Below, one piece after another: positions 45,943 through 56,195 of a stretch of 64,000 nucleotides of DNA. Source of the stretch: Acidimicrobiales bacterium. GTDB taxonomy: Bacteria > Actinomycetota > Acidimicrobiia > Acidimicrobiales > AC-9. Position numbers and translations under genes: made by a program. The notes beneath the pieces are model-generated. The model saw only the letters and a program-made list of their open reading frames with translations. It searched no databases and was not told where the DNA came from. Location of the stretch: NCBI GenBank assembly GCA_036491125.1, contig DASXCO010000181.1:8486-72485 (forward strand). The letters run 5' to 3'. Within the stretch, counting starts at the first letter, position 1, and the number at the start of each line of letters is the position of its first letter.

Positions 45943-46881
45943 ATGGCAGCCAACCGGACCGAGAGCCACGACGTCTCTGACATCGAGTTCGACGCGGAGG
46001 GGACCACCCTGCGGGGCTGGCTTTACCGTCCGAGGTCGGCTCGGTCGCCGGCCCCAGTGGTCGTCATGGCCCATGGTTACAACTGTCTCAAGGAGTTCTA
46101 CCTGGATGAATACGCGGCGTCGATCGCCAATGCTGGTCACTTCGTTGTCGCCTACGACCATCGGAACTTCGGCGACAGCGACGGAGAACCGCGCCAGGAG
46201 CTCGACCCTTGGGCACAGGTCCGTGACTATCGACATGCCATCACCTTCGCGCAGACGCTCGATGGCGTAGACGCCGATCATGTCGGAGTGTGGGGAAGCA
46301 GTTACGCCGGCGGCCACGTGCTCGTTGTCGGGGCGATAGACCGACGAGTGAAGTGCGTGGTCGCCCAGGTGCCGACGATCAGCGGGTGGCAGTCGACATT
46401 GCGGCGTACTCCGCCTCAAGCCGTAGCGGACCAACGCCTGGCTTTCGATGCCGACCGCCTCGAACGCTTCCGTGGTGCACCGCCGAAGATGGTGCCGATG
46501 GTGATGGATCCAGGCGAGAGCGGCCTCGCGTCGCACGGGAGCGCGGATGCTTGGAAGTTCTTCACCGGGCAGAGCTCACCTCCGGAGGACCAGTGGCGAT
46601 TCACGAAATGGCGCAACGAGATCACGCTGCGGTCACTCGAGCTGTATTCAGAGTACGAGCCCGGGTCCTACATCGAGCGAATCGCGCCCACACCTCTGTT
46701 GATGATCGTCGGTGACGCCGACGTCGTTTGTCCGGCCGACCTGGCACTAGAGGCCTTCAATCGGGCCCGACAACCGAAAGAGCTCGAGCTTTACCCCGGT
46801 GGGCATTTCTCTGCCTATACCGATCAACTCGAGCGAGCTGCACGAGCGGCGACGGGGTGGTTCGTCGAACACCTGCACTAA
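45943..46881 (+). CDS. alpha/beta hydrolase
   Basis: ..VVVMAHGYN.., nucleophile elbow GSSYAGG, C-terminal ..GGHFS..; 312 aa. Confidence 0.8.
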   Translation: MAANRTESHDVSDIEFDAEGTTLRGWLYRPRSARSPAPVVVMAHGYNCLKEFYLDEYAASIANAGHFVVAYDHRNFGDSDGEPRQELDPWAQVRDYRHAITFAQTLDGVDADHVGVWGSSYAGGHVLVVGAIDRRVKCVVAQVPTISGWQSTLRRTPPQAVADQRLAFDADRLERFRGAPPKMVPMVMDPGESGLASHGSADAWKFFTGQSSPPEDQWRFTKWRNEITLRSLELYSEYEPGSYIERIAPTPLLMIVGDADVVCPADLALEAFNRARQPKELELYPGGHFSAYTDQLERAARAATGWFVEHLH

Positions 46882-46915
46882 GCCCAGAGCTCGGGGCGAC
46901 GCCTATACTGCGGAC

Positions 46916-47746
46916 ATGCCCATCACGTCCAACGGTGCGGTGTCGCTCTACTACGAGGTCTTCGGTGCAGACGACGCCCCGATGCTGTTGTTGGTGAACG
47001 GGCTCGGAAGTCAGTGCATCAACTTCAAGGTCGAGTTCTGTCAGAAGTTTGTCGGCGAGGGATTCCGTGTCGTCCGATTCGACAATCGGGACGTCGGGCT
47101 GTCCAGTCATCTGAAGGGTGGCCCGAAGTACACCGTCGACGACATGGCCGACGACGGATTCGCGGTGCTCGATGTCCTGGGCGCCGCCGCCGCCCACATA
47201 GCCGGCTGGTCCATGGGGGGGATGATCGTCCAGGCGATGGCGATCAAGCATCCGGCCCGGACCTTGTCAATGACCTCGGTGATGTCGGCACCGGGACCCA
47301 TACCAGTCGAGCGTGCCCCCGATGTGATCGCCGCCTTCACCGCGCCGCCGGCCACGACCCGCGACGAGGCGGCCGAGCGCCACCTGACGGGGCTGCGGGC
47401 GTGGGGGAGCCCGGCCTATTTCGACGTCGACCGCATCACCGCCGATGCGCACGCTGCCTATGATCGCTGCTGGGATCCTGAGGGCAGGGCCCGCCAGGCC
47501 ATGGCGATCGGGTCGTCGCCGTCGAGAGAGGCCGAGCTCGGATCGCTCGAGGTGCCGACCCTGGTGGTACACGGCGACGCGGACCGGCTGGTCCCCCTCG
47601 AAGCCGGGCGGGCGACAGCCGCTGCCATCCCCGGCGCCCGTCTGGAGATAGTGGAGGGCATGGGACACGACTATCCACCCCAGTACTGGGATCGCATGGT
47701 CGGGCTGATCACGTCTCATGCGAGGGCTTCGGTCTCGACGGGCTGA
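46916..47746 (+). CDS. alpha/beta hydrolase
   Basis: ..LLLVNGLGSQ.., GWSMGG nucleophile elbow, ..VHGDADRLVP.., ..GMGHD.. Track ORF trimmed to ATG 46916. Confidence 0.85.
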   Translation: MPITSNGAVSLYYEVFGADDAPMLLLVNGLGSQCINFKVEFCQKFVGEGFRVVRFDNRDVGLSSHLKGGPKYTVDDMADDGFAVLDVLGAAAAHIAGWSMGGMIVQAMAIKHPARTLSMTSVMSAPGPIPVERAPDVIAAFTAPPATTRDEAAERHLTGLRAWGSPAYFDVDRITADAHAAYDRCWDPEGRARQAMAIGSSPSREAELGSLEVPTLVVHGDADRLVPLEAGRATAAAIPGARLEIVEGMGHDYPPQYWDRMVGLITSHARASVSTG

Positions 47747-47824
47747 CGCCGAATCGTTCACGGTGCCAAGGACTGCATTAGGCTTGCTGGCCGGGCACCG
47801 GGTGGGCATGAGAGGGGAACGGGC

Positions 47825-48328
47825 ATGAGTTCTGTTGATTTCCCTCGGCCGAACATGGGCGACTCTGGCGATCTGGAATCACGGGCGCCGTGGGAGCTGA
47901 TCTACGAGTACAGGCCGCGGGTTGTCCAGGTGGTGGAGTACGGCGCGTCAGCAGAGGCTGTGCTCTCACGGCGTACGCCGCCACCACCAGAGGGGGCGCG
48001 GTTCGACCTCTACTTGGAGGGGCCCGTCACCGGGCCGAGGCTGACGGGGACGGTCAAGGGCGTGGACTATCTCTACATCCGGGCCGATGGGCGCGCCCAG
48101 CTCCACATTCACGCACGGATCGCGACCGAGGACGGAAAGAGCGTCGCCCTGGCTGCTGATGGCGTGGCAATACCGTACGAAGAGTCACCCGTGTTTCAGC
48201 TCCGCGAGAACGTGACGCTGACGACCAACCACCCGGAGCTCTTGTGGGTGAACCCGATTCAAATCTGGGCATCGGGAACGGTCGACGTGTCGAACGGGCA
48301 AGTACACGTCAAGGCGTACGTTGCCTGA
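47825..48328 (+). CDS. DUF3237 domain protein
   Basis: ..LEGPVTGPRLTGTVKGVDYLYIRADGRAQLHIHARIATEDGKSVALAADGVA.. fits my memory of the DUF3237 beta-barrel family; 167 aa with RBS. Confidence 0.5.
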   Translation: MSSVDFPRPNMGDSGDLESRAPWELIYEYRPRVVQVVEYGASAEAVLSRRTPPPPEGARFDLYLEGPVTGPRLTGTVKGVDYLYIRADGRAQLHIHARIATEDGKSVALAADGVAIPYEESPVFQLRENVTLTTNHPELLWVNPIQIWASGTVDVSNGQVHVKAYVA

Positions 48329-48330
48329 GT

Positions 48331-49044
48331 TCAGTGACCGGCGATCTGGCCACCGTCGACGTGCAGAATCTCACCGGTGATGAAGGGCGATGTCTCCAGG
48401 AAGATGATGGCGTTGACGATGTCGCTGACTTGGCCTACGTGCCCGATTGGTTGGCGTCCGGCGACTGCATCGTAGGCTTCGGGAGGGTACGTCGGTGTCC
48501 GAATGACGCCTGGCGAGACAGCATTGACCCGAATGCAACGGGAGGCGTACTCGATCGCCAGCGACTTCGTGGCCGAAGCGAGGCCACCCTTGGTGAGCGA
48601 GGTCAACACCGATGGCTCTTCGGAGTTCGCGTAGTCGACGAGCGTCGTCGTGATGTTGAGCACGTGGCCAGCGCCCCCCTTCAGCATCTCGGCGATGGCG
48701 CGTTGAGTGAGAGTGAAGAAGCCAGTGAGGTTCACCCCGACGATGGCTGCATAGTCTTCGGCGGTGTAGTCCGTGAAGGCCTTGGAGATGAACAGACCGG
48801 CGTTGTTGATCAAGGTATCGATCCGTCCGAATCGTCCGAGTGCTTCCGTGATGATTCGCTCGGTCGTGAGGGGCTGGATGATGTCCCCGTCGACCGTCAG
48901 CACGTCTTGGTCCTCGGAAGGCGCGATCGTCCGGGCGTTGGCAACTACCGCCCAGCCGAGCCGGCGGTAGGCGGAGACGAGGCCGGCACCAATGCCCTGA
49001 GAGCCTCCGGTGATGATGGCCACTTTCTGGTCCTGATCGCTCAT
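48331..49044 (-). CDS. SDR family protein (atypical active site)
   Basis: VAIITGGSQGIGAG, NNAG, ..RVNAVSPGVIRTP.. The usual YxxxK tyrosine is not obvious (..VLTSLTKGGL..). Track ORF trimmed to ATG 49044. Confidence 0.8.
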   Translation of the reverse strand: MSDQDQKVAIITGGSQGIGAGLVSAYRRLGWAVVANARTIAPSEDQDVLTVDGDIIQPLTTERIITEALGRFGRIDTLINNAGLFISKAFTDYTAEDYAAIVGVNLTGFFTLTQRAIAEMLKGGAGHVLNITTTLVDYANSEEPSVLTSLTKGGLASATKSLAIEYASRCIRVNAVSPGVIRTPTYPPEAYDAVAGRQPIGHVGQVSDIVNAIIFLETSPFITGEILHVDGGQIAGH

Positions 49045-49158
49045 GGTCTTGCTCTCGCTCGTGGGGAAGGGCCGTGAGGAAGTGCAGGCCTGACGGCGCC
49101 GAGCGAGAATCACGTTGAGAGGGGCTTGGTGGCGCACGGCGCTGGCCGGTTGAGGCAT

Positions 49159-49764
49159 TCAGTTGTAGGGGAACATGGGGTCACTTGGGTGCCGGGCCAG
49201 GGGCGTGGTCTCCACGGTCATCCAGGCGTCCAGCGGCAGCGACTCGAGAATCGCCTGCATCTCGGCGGCGTCCAGCGCTCGCCACAGGCCCAACGCCCGA
49301 GACTCTCCCTGCCTCGCTGTCAGGGTCCAGAGGCGGACAAGGTGTCCTTGCTCGGCCAGCTCATGGGTACGTTGTGCCTCGCGCCTCTCAGCGCCGTCGA
49401 TGTCCTGGCTCGATGTTCCCTCCGGCACGGTGACCGTGAAGGCGGTCAGAAATTCCGGGGCTGCCTCCCGGGCTTCTTTCCGGGGGTTGTTCGGGTGAGG
49501 CATGAGGGGGGTGACCTCATCTGTTCGCCACACGCGCAGGGGCATGGAAGCCAGGACTTTCTCGAGCTGGCCGCGGTCATCGGCGGAGAACAGTCCCAGC
49601 GTGCGCCATTCGCCTGGTTGCAGCGGTGGACGCCAAAGGCGGAGTAGGTGTCCCTCCGCCGCCAGCTCTCCAGAGTGCTGGGCTTCGCGGCTTCGGATGT
49701 CGTCGACGGCTTCTTGGGCTGTTCCATCGGGAACGTGGGTGGTCATATTCACGAGATACTCCAT
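49159..49764 (-). CDS. tandem (fused) muconolactone delta-isomerase-like protein
   Basis: Two ~95-aa halves, each like MIase: MEYLVNMTTHVPDGT..ELAAEGHLLRLWR..GLFSADDRGQLEKVLASMPLRVW..EVTPLMPHP and FLTAFTVTVPEGT..ELAEQGHLVRLWT..GLWRALDAAEMQAILESLPLDAW..ETTPLARHP. Confidence 0.75.
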   Translation of the reverse strand: MEYLVNMTTHVPDGTAQEAVDDIRSREAQHSGELAAEGHLLRLWRPPLQPGEWRTLGLFSADDRGQLEKVLASMPLRVWRTDEVTPLMPHPNNPRKEAREAAPEFLTAFTVTVPEGTSSQDIDGAERREAQRTHELAEQGHLVRLWTLTARQGESRALGLWRALDAAEMQAILESLPLDAWMTVETTPLARHPSDPMFPYN

Positions 49765-49863
49765 AACGCTTCATTCTTGCCTCTCGAGGAGGGGGTCGCG
49801 CCCGTGGAAGACACTGGTTGGTGGCCCCGTTCTCCTTCGCCGGCGGTGAGGTCTGATGCCCGG

Positions 49864-52632
49864 TTATGGTCGGGGCGCCATCCGCGAGTGGTCTGGCAAC
49901 GCGCCGCGGAGGTCCTTGCGGGAGCTGACCCCCAGTTTCGTGAAGATCTTGCGTAGGTGCCACTCAACCGTCCGGGTGCTGATGAAAAGTTGTGCGGCGA
50001 TCTCCGCGTTGGTGCGCCTGTCAGCAGCGAGCCCAGCGATCTGCGCCTCCTGGGGCGTGAGCTCATCAGAGGTCTCGACCGTGCGCTTGCGCACAGTCTC
50101 GCCAGTGGCGAGGAGCTCATGCCTGGCACGCTCAGCGAACCCCTGCGTGCCCATCGTTGTCGTCATCTTGTGGGCGGTTCGTAGCTGATCCCGAGCGTCC
50201 AGCCGGCGATTCTCTCGCCGCAGCCACTCCCCGTAGAGCAGATGAGCTCGCGCCAATGCCGTGCGCACGCGGGTCCGCCGGAGGCGGTCGAGCGCCTCCC
50301 GGTACCAGGACTCGGCGGCCTGGCCTTGGCTCAACAGCGCCTGTGAAGACGCCTCGATTCCCAGTGCCCAGTCACTGCCGCTGGCCTGTGCCATGTCCGA
50401 GAGCTGGCGCAGTGCGCCGGTGGCCTGCTGGGGCTGGCCGCTTCGTGCGGCCGCTTCCACGAGCTCGTACAGCGACCAGGGCGAGATGACAAGCTCGTCG
50501 ACGACGGTGGCTGCACGTGCCGCGTCGGCGGCGCGTCCGTAGTCGCCGAGGCCGTTGTAGAGCACCGCCTGGGCGTACTCGGCGTAGGCCAAGGCTGCGC
50601 CCTCACCCCGGGCGGACGCGCCTCGCGTCATCACCCGGGTCAGTTCGGTGACAGTCGATGCCTCCCCACGCCAGGCCGCAAGAAGGAGTGGCACGTAGGG
50701 CAGCGTGGCCGCTCGGATCCCCGGATCGATCTGCTCACGCTCGGCCAGCAACGCCGCCGCCTGGGACAGGTCCCCCGCCTGAATGTGGTACTCGGCGAGA
50801 TAGTCCAGGGCAAACGGGAGCCAGCTGAGGGTGCCGCTGGCCCGCGCCAACCGGACCTGGCCGACTGCGAGCTCGAACCAGGCCTCGTCGTTCCACTGGT
50901 CCATGGCGATCAGGTTGTACGAGACACACAACCAGTCCAGCTCCTCCGGCTGGGCCCGGTAGTCGCGAAGCGCCTTCCGGAGGCCGGGTGCGGCAGCCGC
51001 GTAGCCATCGGACATCCGCACCGCCAGGCCGCGGACCAGCAGATCCGAGTGCGCAAGGGGCTCGGGTCCGAGGGGCGCGGTTTTCGCTTGGAGCGAGATC
51101 TCTTCTACGTCTCCTTCGTACGCCAGCCGACCGGCGTAGATCGCGGCGACGATGGCTTCGAGATAGGTCTGCCGAGCAAGGTCGGCATCGAGGGTCTGTA
51201 GACGCTGCGCAGCTCGAAGCAAGAGCGGCGGCGCATCCCTACCCCGCCTCAGCGCAAACGTTATCTGGGCGCGCATCCGCTGTACGTGCGCATGGTCGAG
51301 CTCGCTCACGGGTCCAATATCGGCCACTGCCAAGAGCGCCTGCGCAGCCTCGAAGTCCGCCGCGGCATATTTCGCCTCGGCTGCCACCAGAGCCCGTGAG
51401 GCTTGCTGGCTGGGATCCGGCGTCAGTGACACTGCTTTCTCCCAGAAGGCGGCAGCGGCGGCGACCCCTCCTCGGCTTTCGGCACGACTTGCACAGTTGA
51501 TCAGATCGGTGGCCACGGCCTCGTCGGGGCCGCTGGCTGCCTGGGCGCCATGCCAGGCTCGACGGTCGGGGTCGACCGCCGGATCAGTGGCAGCCGCTAG
51601 CGCCCCATGAGCGGCTCGCCGATCCTCTGCGCTGGCGGACCGATAGACGGCCGAGCGCACGAGAGGATGGCGAAAACGGACGTGCTCACCAATCTTCAGC
51701 AAGCCGGTGTCGGTCGCCAGCTTCACTGATCCGAGGTCCAGTCCGAGTACCTGAGCAGCCCGCAGCAGTAGTGCCGTGTCTCCAAGCGGTTCGGCCGCGG
51801 CGAGCAGCATCCACCGCCGAGTCTCGATAGGCAACTGACGGAGGCGTTCCACGTATTCATCCTCGATGCGTCGCGGCAGGGCCTCGGGAGGCGCGAATCC
51901 ACCGAGGAGCTCGCTTGCGCCTGAGCTTCTGCCGAGCTCGAGTAGGGCCAGAGGATTGCCATGCGTCTCTTCGATGATCCGAGCCCGGACGTTCTCGTCA
52001 AGCGGACCGCGGGAGACCGTCGCCAGCACGGCGCAAGCTGACTCTTCGTCCAATCCGTGCAATCTGAGCTCGGGGAGCTGTCCAAAGTCATCGGGCGAGC
52101 TACCTGGCGTTCGCGCCGCCAGCACAAGTGCTATCGACTCCCCCAGCAGCCGGCGGCCGACGAACCCGAGTACCTGAGCCGAGGCCCGGTCGAGCCACTG
52201 TGCGTCATCGACGACGCACAACAGTGGCTGGTGCTCAGAGACCTCGGCCAAGAGGCTGAGCGCGGCCAGCGCAACGAGAAAAAGGTCTGGTGCGGGGCCC
52301 ACCATGAGGCCTAAGGCAACTCCGAGCGCGTCCCGCTGCGGGGCCGGGAGACGCTCGAGGCGGTCGAGCAGAGGCCCGCACAGCTGGTGAAGCGCAGCGA
52401 AAGGGAGCTCCATCTCCGACTCCACCCCCACTGCCCTCACTACCCTCAGATCCGCCGCTGATCTGACCGAATAGTCCAAGAGTGCGGTCTTTCCTACTCC
52501 GGCCTCGCCCCGCACGACCACAGCGGCACTGTGCCCACTACGCGCCTGGTTGAGCAGCCGTTCCAAGACCTCGCATTCGCTGCTCCGCCCTAGTAACAAC
52601 GCCAGCACCCCCGACCCGAAACCATTGCTCAT
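49864..52632 (-). CDS. LAL-type (large ATP-binding LuxR family) transcriptional regulator
   Basis: Walker A GEAGVGKTAL, Walker B LLCVVDDAQWLD, long TPR-like middle, C-terminal LuxR HTH ..LTPQEAQIAGLAADRRTNAEIAAQLFISTRTVEWHLRKIFTKLGV. Track ORF trimmed to ATG 52632. Confidence 0.9.
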   Translation of the reverse strand: MSNGFGSGVLALLLGRSSECEVLERLLNQARSGHSAAVVVRGEAGVGKTALLDYSVRSAADLRVVRAVGVESEMELPFAALHQLCGPLLDRLERLPAPQRDALGVALGLMVGPAPDLFLVALAALSLLAEVSEHQPLLCVVDDAQWLDRASAQVLGFVGRRLLGESIALVLAARTPGSSPDDFGQLPELRLHGLDEESACAVLATVSRGPLDENVRARIIEETHGNPLALLELGRSSGASELLGGFAPPEALPRRIEDEYVERLRQLPIETRRWMLLAAAEPLGDTALLLRAAQVLGLDLGSVKLATDTGLLKIGEHVRFRHPLVRSAVYRSASAEDRRAAHGALAAATDPAVDPDRRAWHGAQAASGPDEAVATDLINCASRAESRGGVAAAAAFWEKAVSLTPDPSQQASRALVAAEAKYAAADFEAAQALLAVADIGPVSELDHAHVQRMRAQITFALRRGRDAPPLLLRAAQRLQTLDADLARQTYLEAIVAAIYAGRLAYEGDVEEISLQAKTAPLGPEPLAHSDLLVRGLAVRMSDGYAAAAPGLRKALRDYRAQPEELDWLCVSYNLIAMDQWNDEAWFELAVGQVRLARASGTLSWLPFALDYLAEYHIQAGDLSQAAALLAEREQIDPGIRAATLPYVPLLLAAWRGEASTVTELTRVMTRGASARGEGAALAYAEYAQAVLYNGLGDYGRAADAARAATVVDELVISPWSLYELVEAAARSGQPQQATGALRQLSDMAQASGSDWALGIEASSQALLSQGQAAESWYREALDRLRRTRVRTALARAHLLYGEWLRRENRRLDARDQLRTAHKMTTTMGTQGFAERARHELLATGETVRKRTVETSDELTPQEAQIAGLAADRRTNAEIAAQLFISTRTVEWHLRKIFTKLGVSSRKDLRGALPDHSRMAPRP

Positions 52633-52811
52633 CCTAGGCGGCTCGAGCTCAGACGACACCCCGTCGAGCGCAGGCGGCCCGCGCGCTGGCGAGCAGCGCC
52701 GACGACCAGCTCCTGGTCGGGACTCCACCAAGGCGTCTGGGATCCAATGTGTTGCTAACGTTGGCTCCGTCCCCGAGCCAGCAGGTCGAGGACGCAGAAT
52801 GGGGGGAGAAC

Positions 52812-54431
52812 ATGACTGATGTCGATGTGCTCGTCGTAGGAGCCGGGCCCGTCGGGTTGACCGCGGCAAGCGAGCTCCGGCGACATGGTCTCGGCTGTCG
52901 CATCATCGATCGGTTGGCGGCCCCGGCGGGTATTGCCAAGGCGGTTGGGATCCAGCCTCGGACCATGGAGGTCTGGGAGGCCACTGGGCTGCTGCCCGAG
53001 GCCCTTGATGCGAGCACTCCGATGCGGGGCCAGAAAGTCTTTGTCAATGGCGAGGAGACATCCGAGATGATGCTGGAGCTCCCGCCGTCGGTGCCGTTCG
53101 AGTTCGTCTCGCTGCCCCAGTACGAGACGGAGCGGATTCTCACCAAGCACCTCGGGCGTCTGGACACCTCCATCGAGAGGGGGGTGGAGCTCACCTCGTT
53201 CAACCAGGACCCGGAGGGAGTGAGTGCAGAGCTCGTCGGACCCGGGGGCCAGGAGACGGTCCGGGCGCAGTTCCTGGTCGGATGCGACGGAGCCCACAGC
53301 GCCACCCGAAAGGGCCTAGGCGTCCAGTTCGCCGGCGATGCCTTCCCAGAGGAGTACATGCTGGGCGACGTCGAGGTCGACTGGTCCATGCCCCCCGGTC
53401 TCGCCATCCGGGCCATGCACCAGACGAACGGGACCGTCGACGATGTCCTGATCTGCATACCGTTGCCGGGACGAAATCGTTACCGCGTGTCGATGCTGGT
53501 CCCCCCGGAGCTGGCGACGAAGCCGCCCAGCGAGGGCGAGGTAGCCCACGGGATGGAGGCCGCTCAGGCCCCTGAGTTGGGCCACATCCAGGCCGTCCTC
53601 GACCGTCTGGCGCCGGAGGCCACGCAGGCCTCGAACCTGCGCTGGTCGTCGGTCTTCCGTATCAGCCACCGGATCGTCGATCGCTACGGAGCCGGCAGGG
53701 TCTTCCTGGCCGGGGATGCCGCCCACATCCACCCTCCCACGGGAGCCCAGGGCATGAACACCGGGATCCAAGACGCCTACAACCTGGGCTGGAAGCTCGC
53801 TCTCACCCTGCAGGGTGTTGCCGTTGACGGGCTCCTCGACACCTACCACGCCGAGCGGCATCCCGTCGGCGAGGAGGTGGTGGGCCGCACGGTGCGCCAC
53901 GCCCGCGGCGGCGTCGAGGGCGATCCCGCTGATCCGTCGACAGTGATACTTCGAGAGGCCCAGCTCCTGGTCGGTTACCCGGACAGCCCCCTCGTTGGCG
54001 AGGACGTCGAGGGCCAGCAGTTGGCCGAGGGGCCGCTCCCCGGCCAGCGCGCCCCCGACTGCCGAGGGCTGCGACGCAGCTCCGTCACTTTCCCGGTGCG
54101 GCTATTCGAGTTGCTGGGCGCGGGCGAACACACGCTCCTCACCTACGCCGAGGATGACGAGCAGGCCGCCGGTCTCGACAAGCTGGCCACCGAGGCGACC
54201 GAACGAGCCGCCGGCCACTTGCGGACGTATGTTGTCCTGGCTCCGGGCGTCGACGCCGCCGGTCTGACGCTGCCTACAGTTCAAGACGCTTCGGGAGAGT
54301 TCTTCGCCTCCTACGACGCCAGAGGCGGGTGCGGGTACGTCATCCGGCCAGATGGCTATGTCGGATACCGAACAGGAAACATCACCATTTCCAACCTGTC
54401 GGCCCACCTGGGGAAGACATTCGCCGTTTGA
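52812..54431 (+). CDS. FAD-dependent aromatic-ring monooxygenase (PheA/TfdB family)
   Basis: VLVVGAGPVGLTAASEL, ..GCDGAHS.., GRVFLAGDAAHIHPPTGAQGMNTGIQDAYNLGWKLA, plus a C-terminal thioredoxin-like domain. ATG 52812 (GGGGGGAG upstream). Confidence 0.9.
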   Translation: MTDVDVLVVGAGPVGLTAASELRRHGLGCRIIDRLAAPAGIAKAVGIQPRTMEVWEATGLLPEALDASTPMRGQKVFVNGEETSEMMLELPPSVPFEFVSLPQYETERILTKHLGRLDTSIERGVELTSFNQDPEGVSAELVGPGGQETVRAQFLVGCDGAHSATRKGLGVQFAGDAFPEEYMLGDVEVDWSMPPGLAIRAMHQTNGTVDDVLICIPLPGRNRYRVSMLVPPELATKPPSEGEVAHGMEAAQAPELGHIQAVLDRLAPEATQASNLRWSSVFRISHRIVDRYGAGRVFLAGDAAHIHPPTGAQGMNTGIQDAYNLGWKLALTLQGVAVDGLLDTYHAERHPVGEEVVGRTVRHARGGVEGDPADPSTVILREAQLLVGYPDSPLVGEDVEGQQLAEGPLPGQRAPDCRGLRRSSVTFPVRLFELLGAGEHTLLTYAEDDEQAAGLDKLATEATERAAGHLRTYVVLAPGVDAAGLTLPTVQDASGEFFASYDARGGCGYVIRPDGYVGYRTGNITISNLSAHLGKTFAV

Positions 54432-54472
54432 TCGACCGCTGGATCTCGCGACTACTGACGAAGGGTGACGCT

Positions 54473-55228
54473 ATGACCGAGAAGGAGATCACCGTCGAGA
54501 CCGACGACGGGAGGATGAAGGCGTTCGTCGTTTACCCCGACAGTGAAGGGCCCTTCCCGGTCGCCGTGCTGTACATGGACGGTGTCGGCTACCGCGAGCA
54601 GGTGAAGGCGAACGCCCGCCGTTTCGCCGCGGATGGCTATTTCTGTGTGGCCCCGGACCTGTTCTACCGCTTCGGCGACAACATCACTATCGATTTCTCC
54701 CAGATGGGAGACCCAGGCGTCCGTGAGCGCGTGATGCGCCTCGTGGGCGGCTTGAAGCCCCAGATGGTCGCCGCCGACACCCGAGCGCTGCTCGCCGCGG
54801 TTGCCGAGAACCCCGCCGCCGCAGCCGGACCGAAGGTGTGCGTTGGCTACTGCATGGGCGCGCGGATGGCCCTGCACGTGGCGTCCGCCCTGCCGGAGGA
54901 GTTCGTGGCCGCCGCCGGCATCCATCCCGCCGCGCTCGCAACCGACGCGCCCGATTCTCCCCACCACGACCTCGCCAACGTGCGCGGCGAGCTCTACTTT
55001 GCTTTCGCCGAGATTGACCAGTCCGCCACGGCGGAGGTCGTCGACCGCTTCCGCGCCGAGCTAGAGAGACAGGGCGTCCGAGGGGAGGTCGAGCGGCTGC
55101 CGGGCGCCTCGCACGGCTTCGCCATGGCTGACCTGCCGGTCTACGACGAGCGGGCAGCCGAGCATTCTTTCCAGCGGACATTGGAGCTGTGGCGGCGCAA
55201 CCTCGCGCAGGAGACGGTCCAAGGCTGA
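54473..55228 (+). CDS. dienelactone hydrolase family protein
   Basis: ..PVAVLYMDGVG.., nucleophile motif VGYCMGA (Cys), ..GASHGF.. Track ORF trimmed to ATG 54473. Confidence 0.85.
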   Translation: MTEKEITVETDDGRMKAFVVYPDSEGPFPVAVLYMDGVGYREQVKANARRFAADGYFCVAPDLFYRFGDNITIDFSQMGDPGVRERVMRLVGGLKPQMVAADTRALLAAVAENPAAAAGPKVCVGYCMGARMALHVASALPEEFVAAAGIHPAALATDAPDSPHHDLANVRGELYFAFAEIDQSATAEVVDRFRAELERQGVRGEVERLPGASHGFAMADLPVYDERAAEHSFQRTLELWRRNLAQETVQG

Positions 55229-55255
55229 GTGACGCCCTCGGTGTCCCACCGAAGG

Positions 55256-56122
55256 TTAGACGCCCTTCTCAAGCTCGGCGACATCGGCGTCGGTGAGGGT
55301 TACGCTGGCGACCTTCATGTTCTCTTCCAGGTGGGCGAGGCTCGACGTACCGGGGATCAGCAGCACGTTGTCGCGGTGCGCGAGGAGCCAGGCCAGACCA
55401 ACCTGCGCGGTCGAAGCGCCGACGCGTTCGGCAACGGCCCGGACAGCGGCGCTTTCAGTGACCTTCGGCATGCCAGGGAACGCGGACCCGAGCGGGAAGT
55501 ACGGCACGTAGGCGATGCCGGAGCTGTGGCAGAGGTCCAGCACATCGGTGTCTTTTTGCTCGACCAGGCTGAAAGCGTTCTGCACGCACACGATGTCAGC
55601 CTGCGCGACGGCCTGCTCGACCTGGGCCCGGGAAGCGGTCGAGATGCCAACGCCAGCGATCTTGCCCTCGTCGCGTAGCGAGACCATCTCGGCCAGCTGC
55701 TCGTCGAGCGGCACCCGCTGGTCGACGGGGAGCTCGTGTTGCTCCATCAGCCGCAGGTTTACGGCCCCGAGCCGGTCGGTGGCCAGGCTCCGCAGATTGT
55801 CCTCGACCGCCGAGCGCAACTGCTCGGGCCGCTGGCCAGGGAGCCAGCCGCCCTGCTCGTCGCGGAAGGCGCCGACCTTGGACACCAGCACCAGGTCGTC
55901 GAAGTAGGGGTGCAGCGCCTCGCGGATCAGGTCGTTCGAGACGTCGGGCCCGTAGTACTGGGCCGTGTCGATGTGGTTGACGCCGAGCTCGACCGCACGC
56001 CGCAACACGGCAACAGCCTCGTCGTGATTGCGCGGCGGCCCAATGACGCCGGGGCCGGGAAGCTGCATAGCGCCGAAGCCGATGCGGTGCACGGTGAAGG
56101 CGCCAAGGGAGTACGTGTCCAC
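55256..56122 (-). CDS. aldo/keto reductase
   Basis: ..IGFGAMQL.., ..GVNHIDTAQYYG.., ..LVSKVG.., ..IPGTSSLAHLEEN.. are AKR motifs. GTG start. Confidence 0.9.
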   Translation of the reverse strand: MDTYSLGAFTVHRIGFGAMQLPGPGVIGPPRNHDEAVAVLRRAVELGVNHIDTAQYYGPDVSNDLIREALHPYFDDLVLVSKVGAFRDEQGGWLPGQRPEQLRSAVEDNLRSLATDRLGAVNLRLMEQHELPVDQRVPLDEQLAEMVSLRDEGKIAGVGISTASRAQVEQAVAQADIVCVQNAFSLVEQKDTDVLDLCHSSGIAYVPYFPLGSAFPGMPKVTESAAVRAVAERVGASTAQVGLAWLLAHRDNVLLIPGTSSLAHLEENMKVASVTLTDADVAELEKGV

Positions 56123-56195
56123 GATGTCAACGTTAGCGCGAGATCAGCCGCGAGCTTGAGGGACCCGAGCCACGACCGGGCCAGGAAACGGGCTG

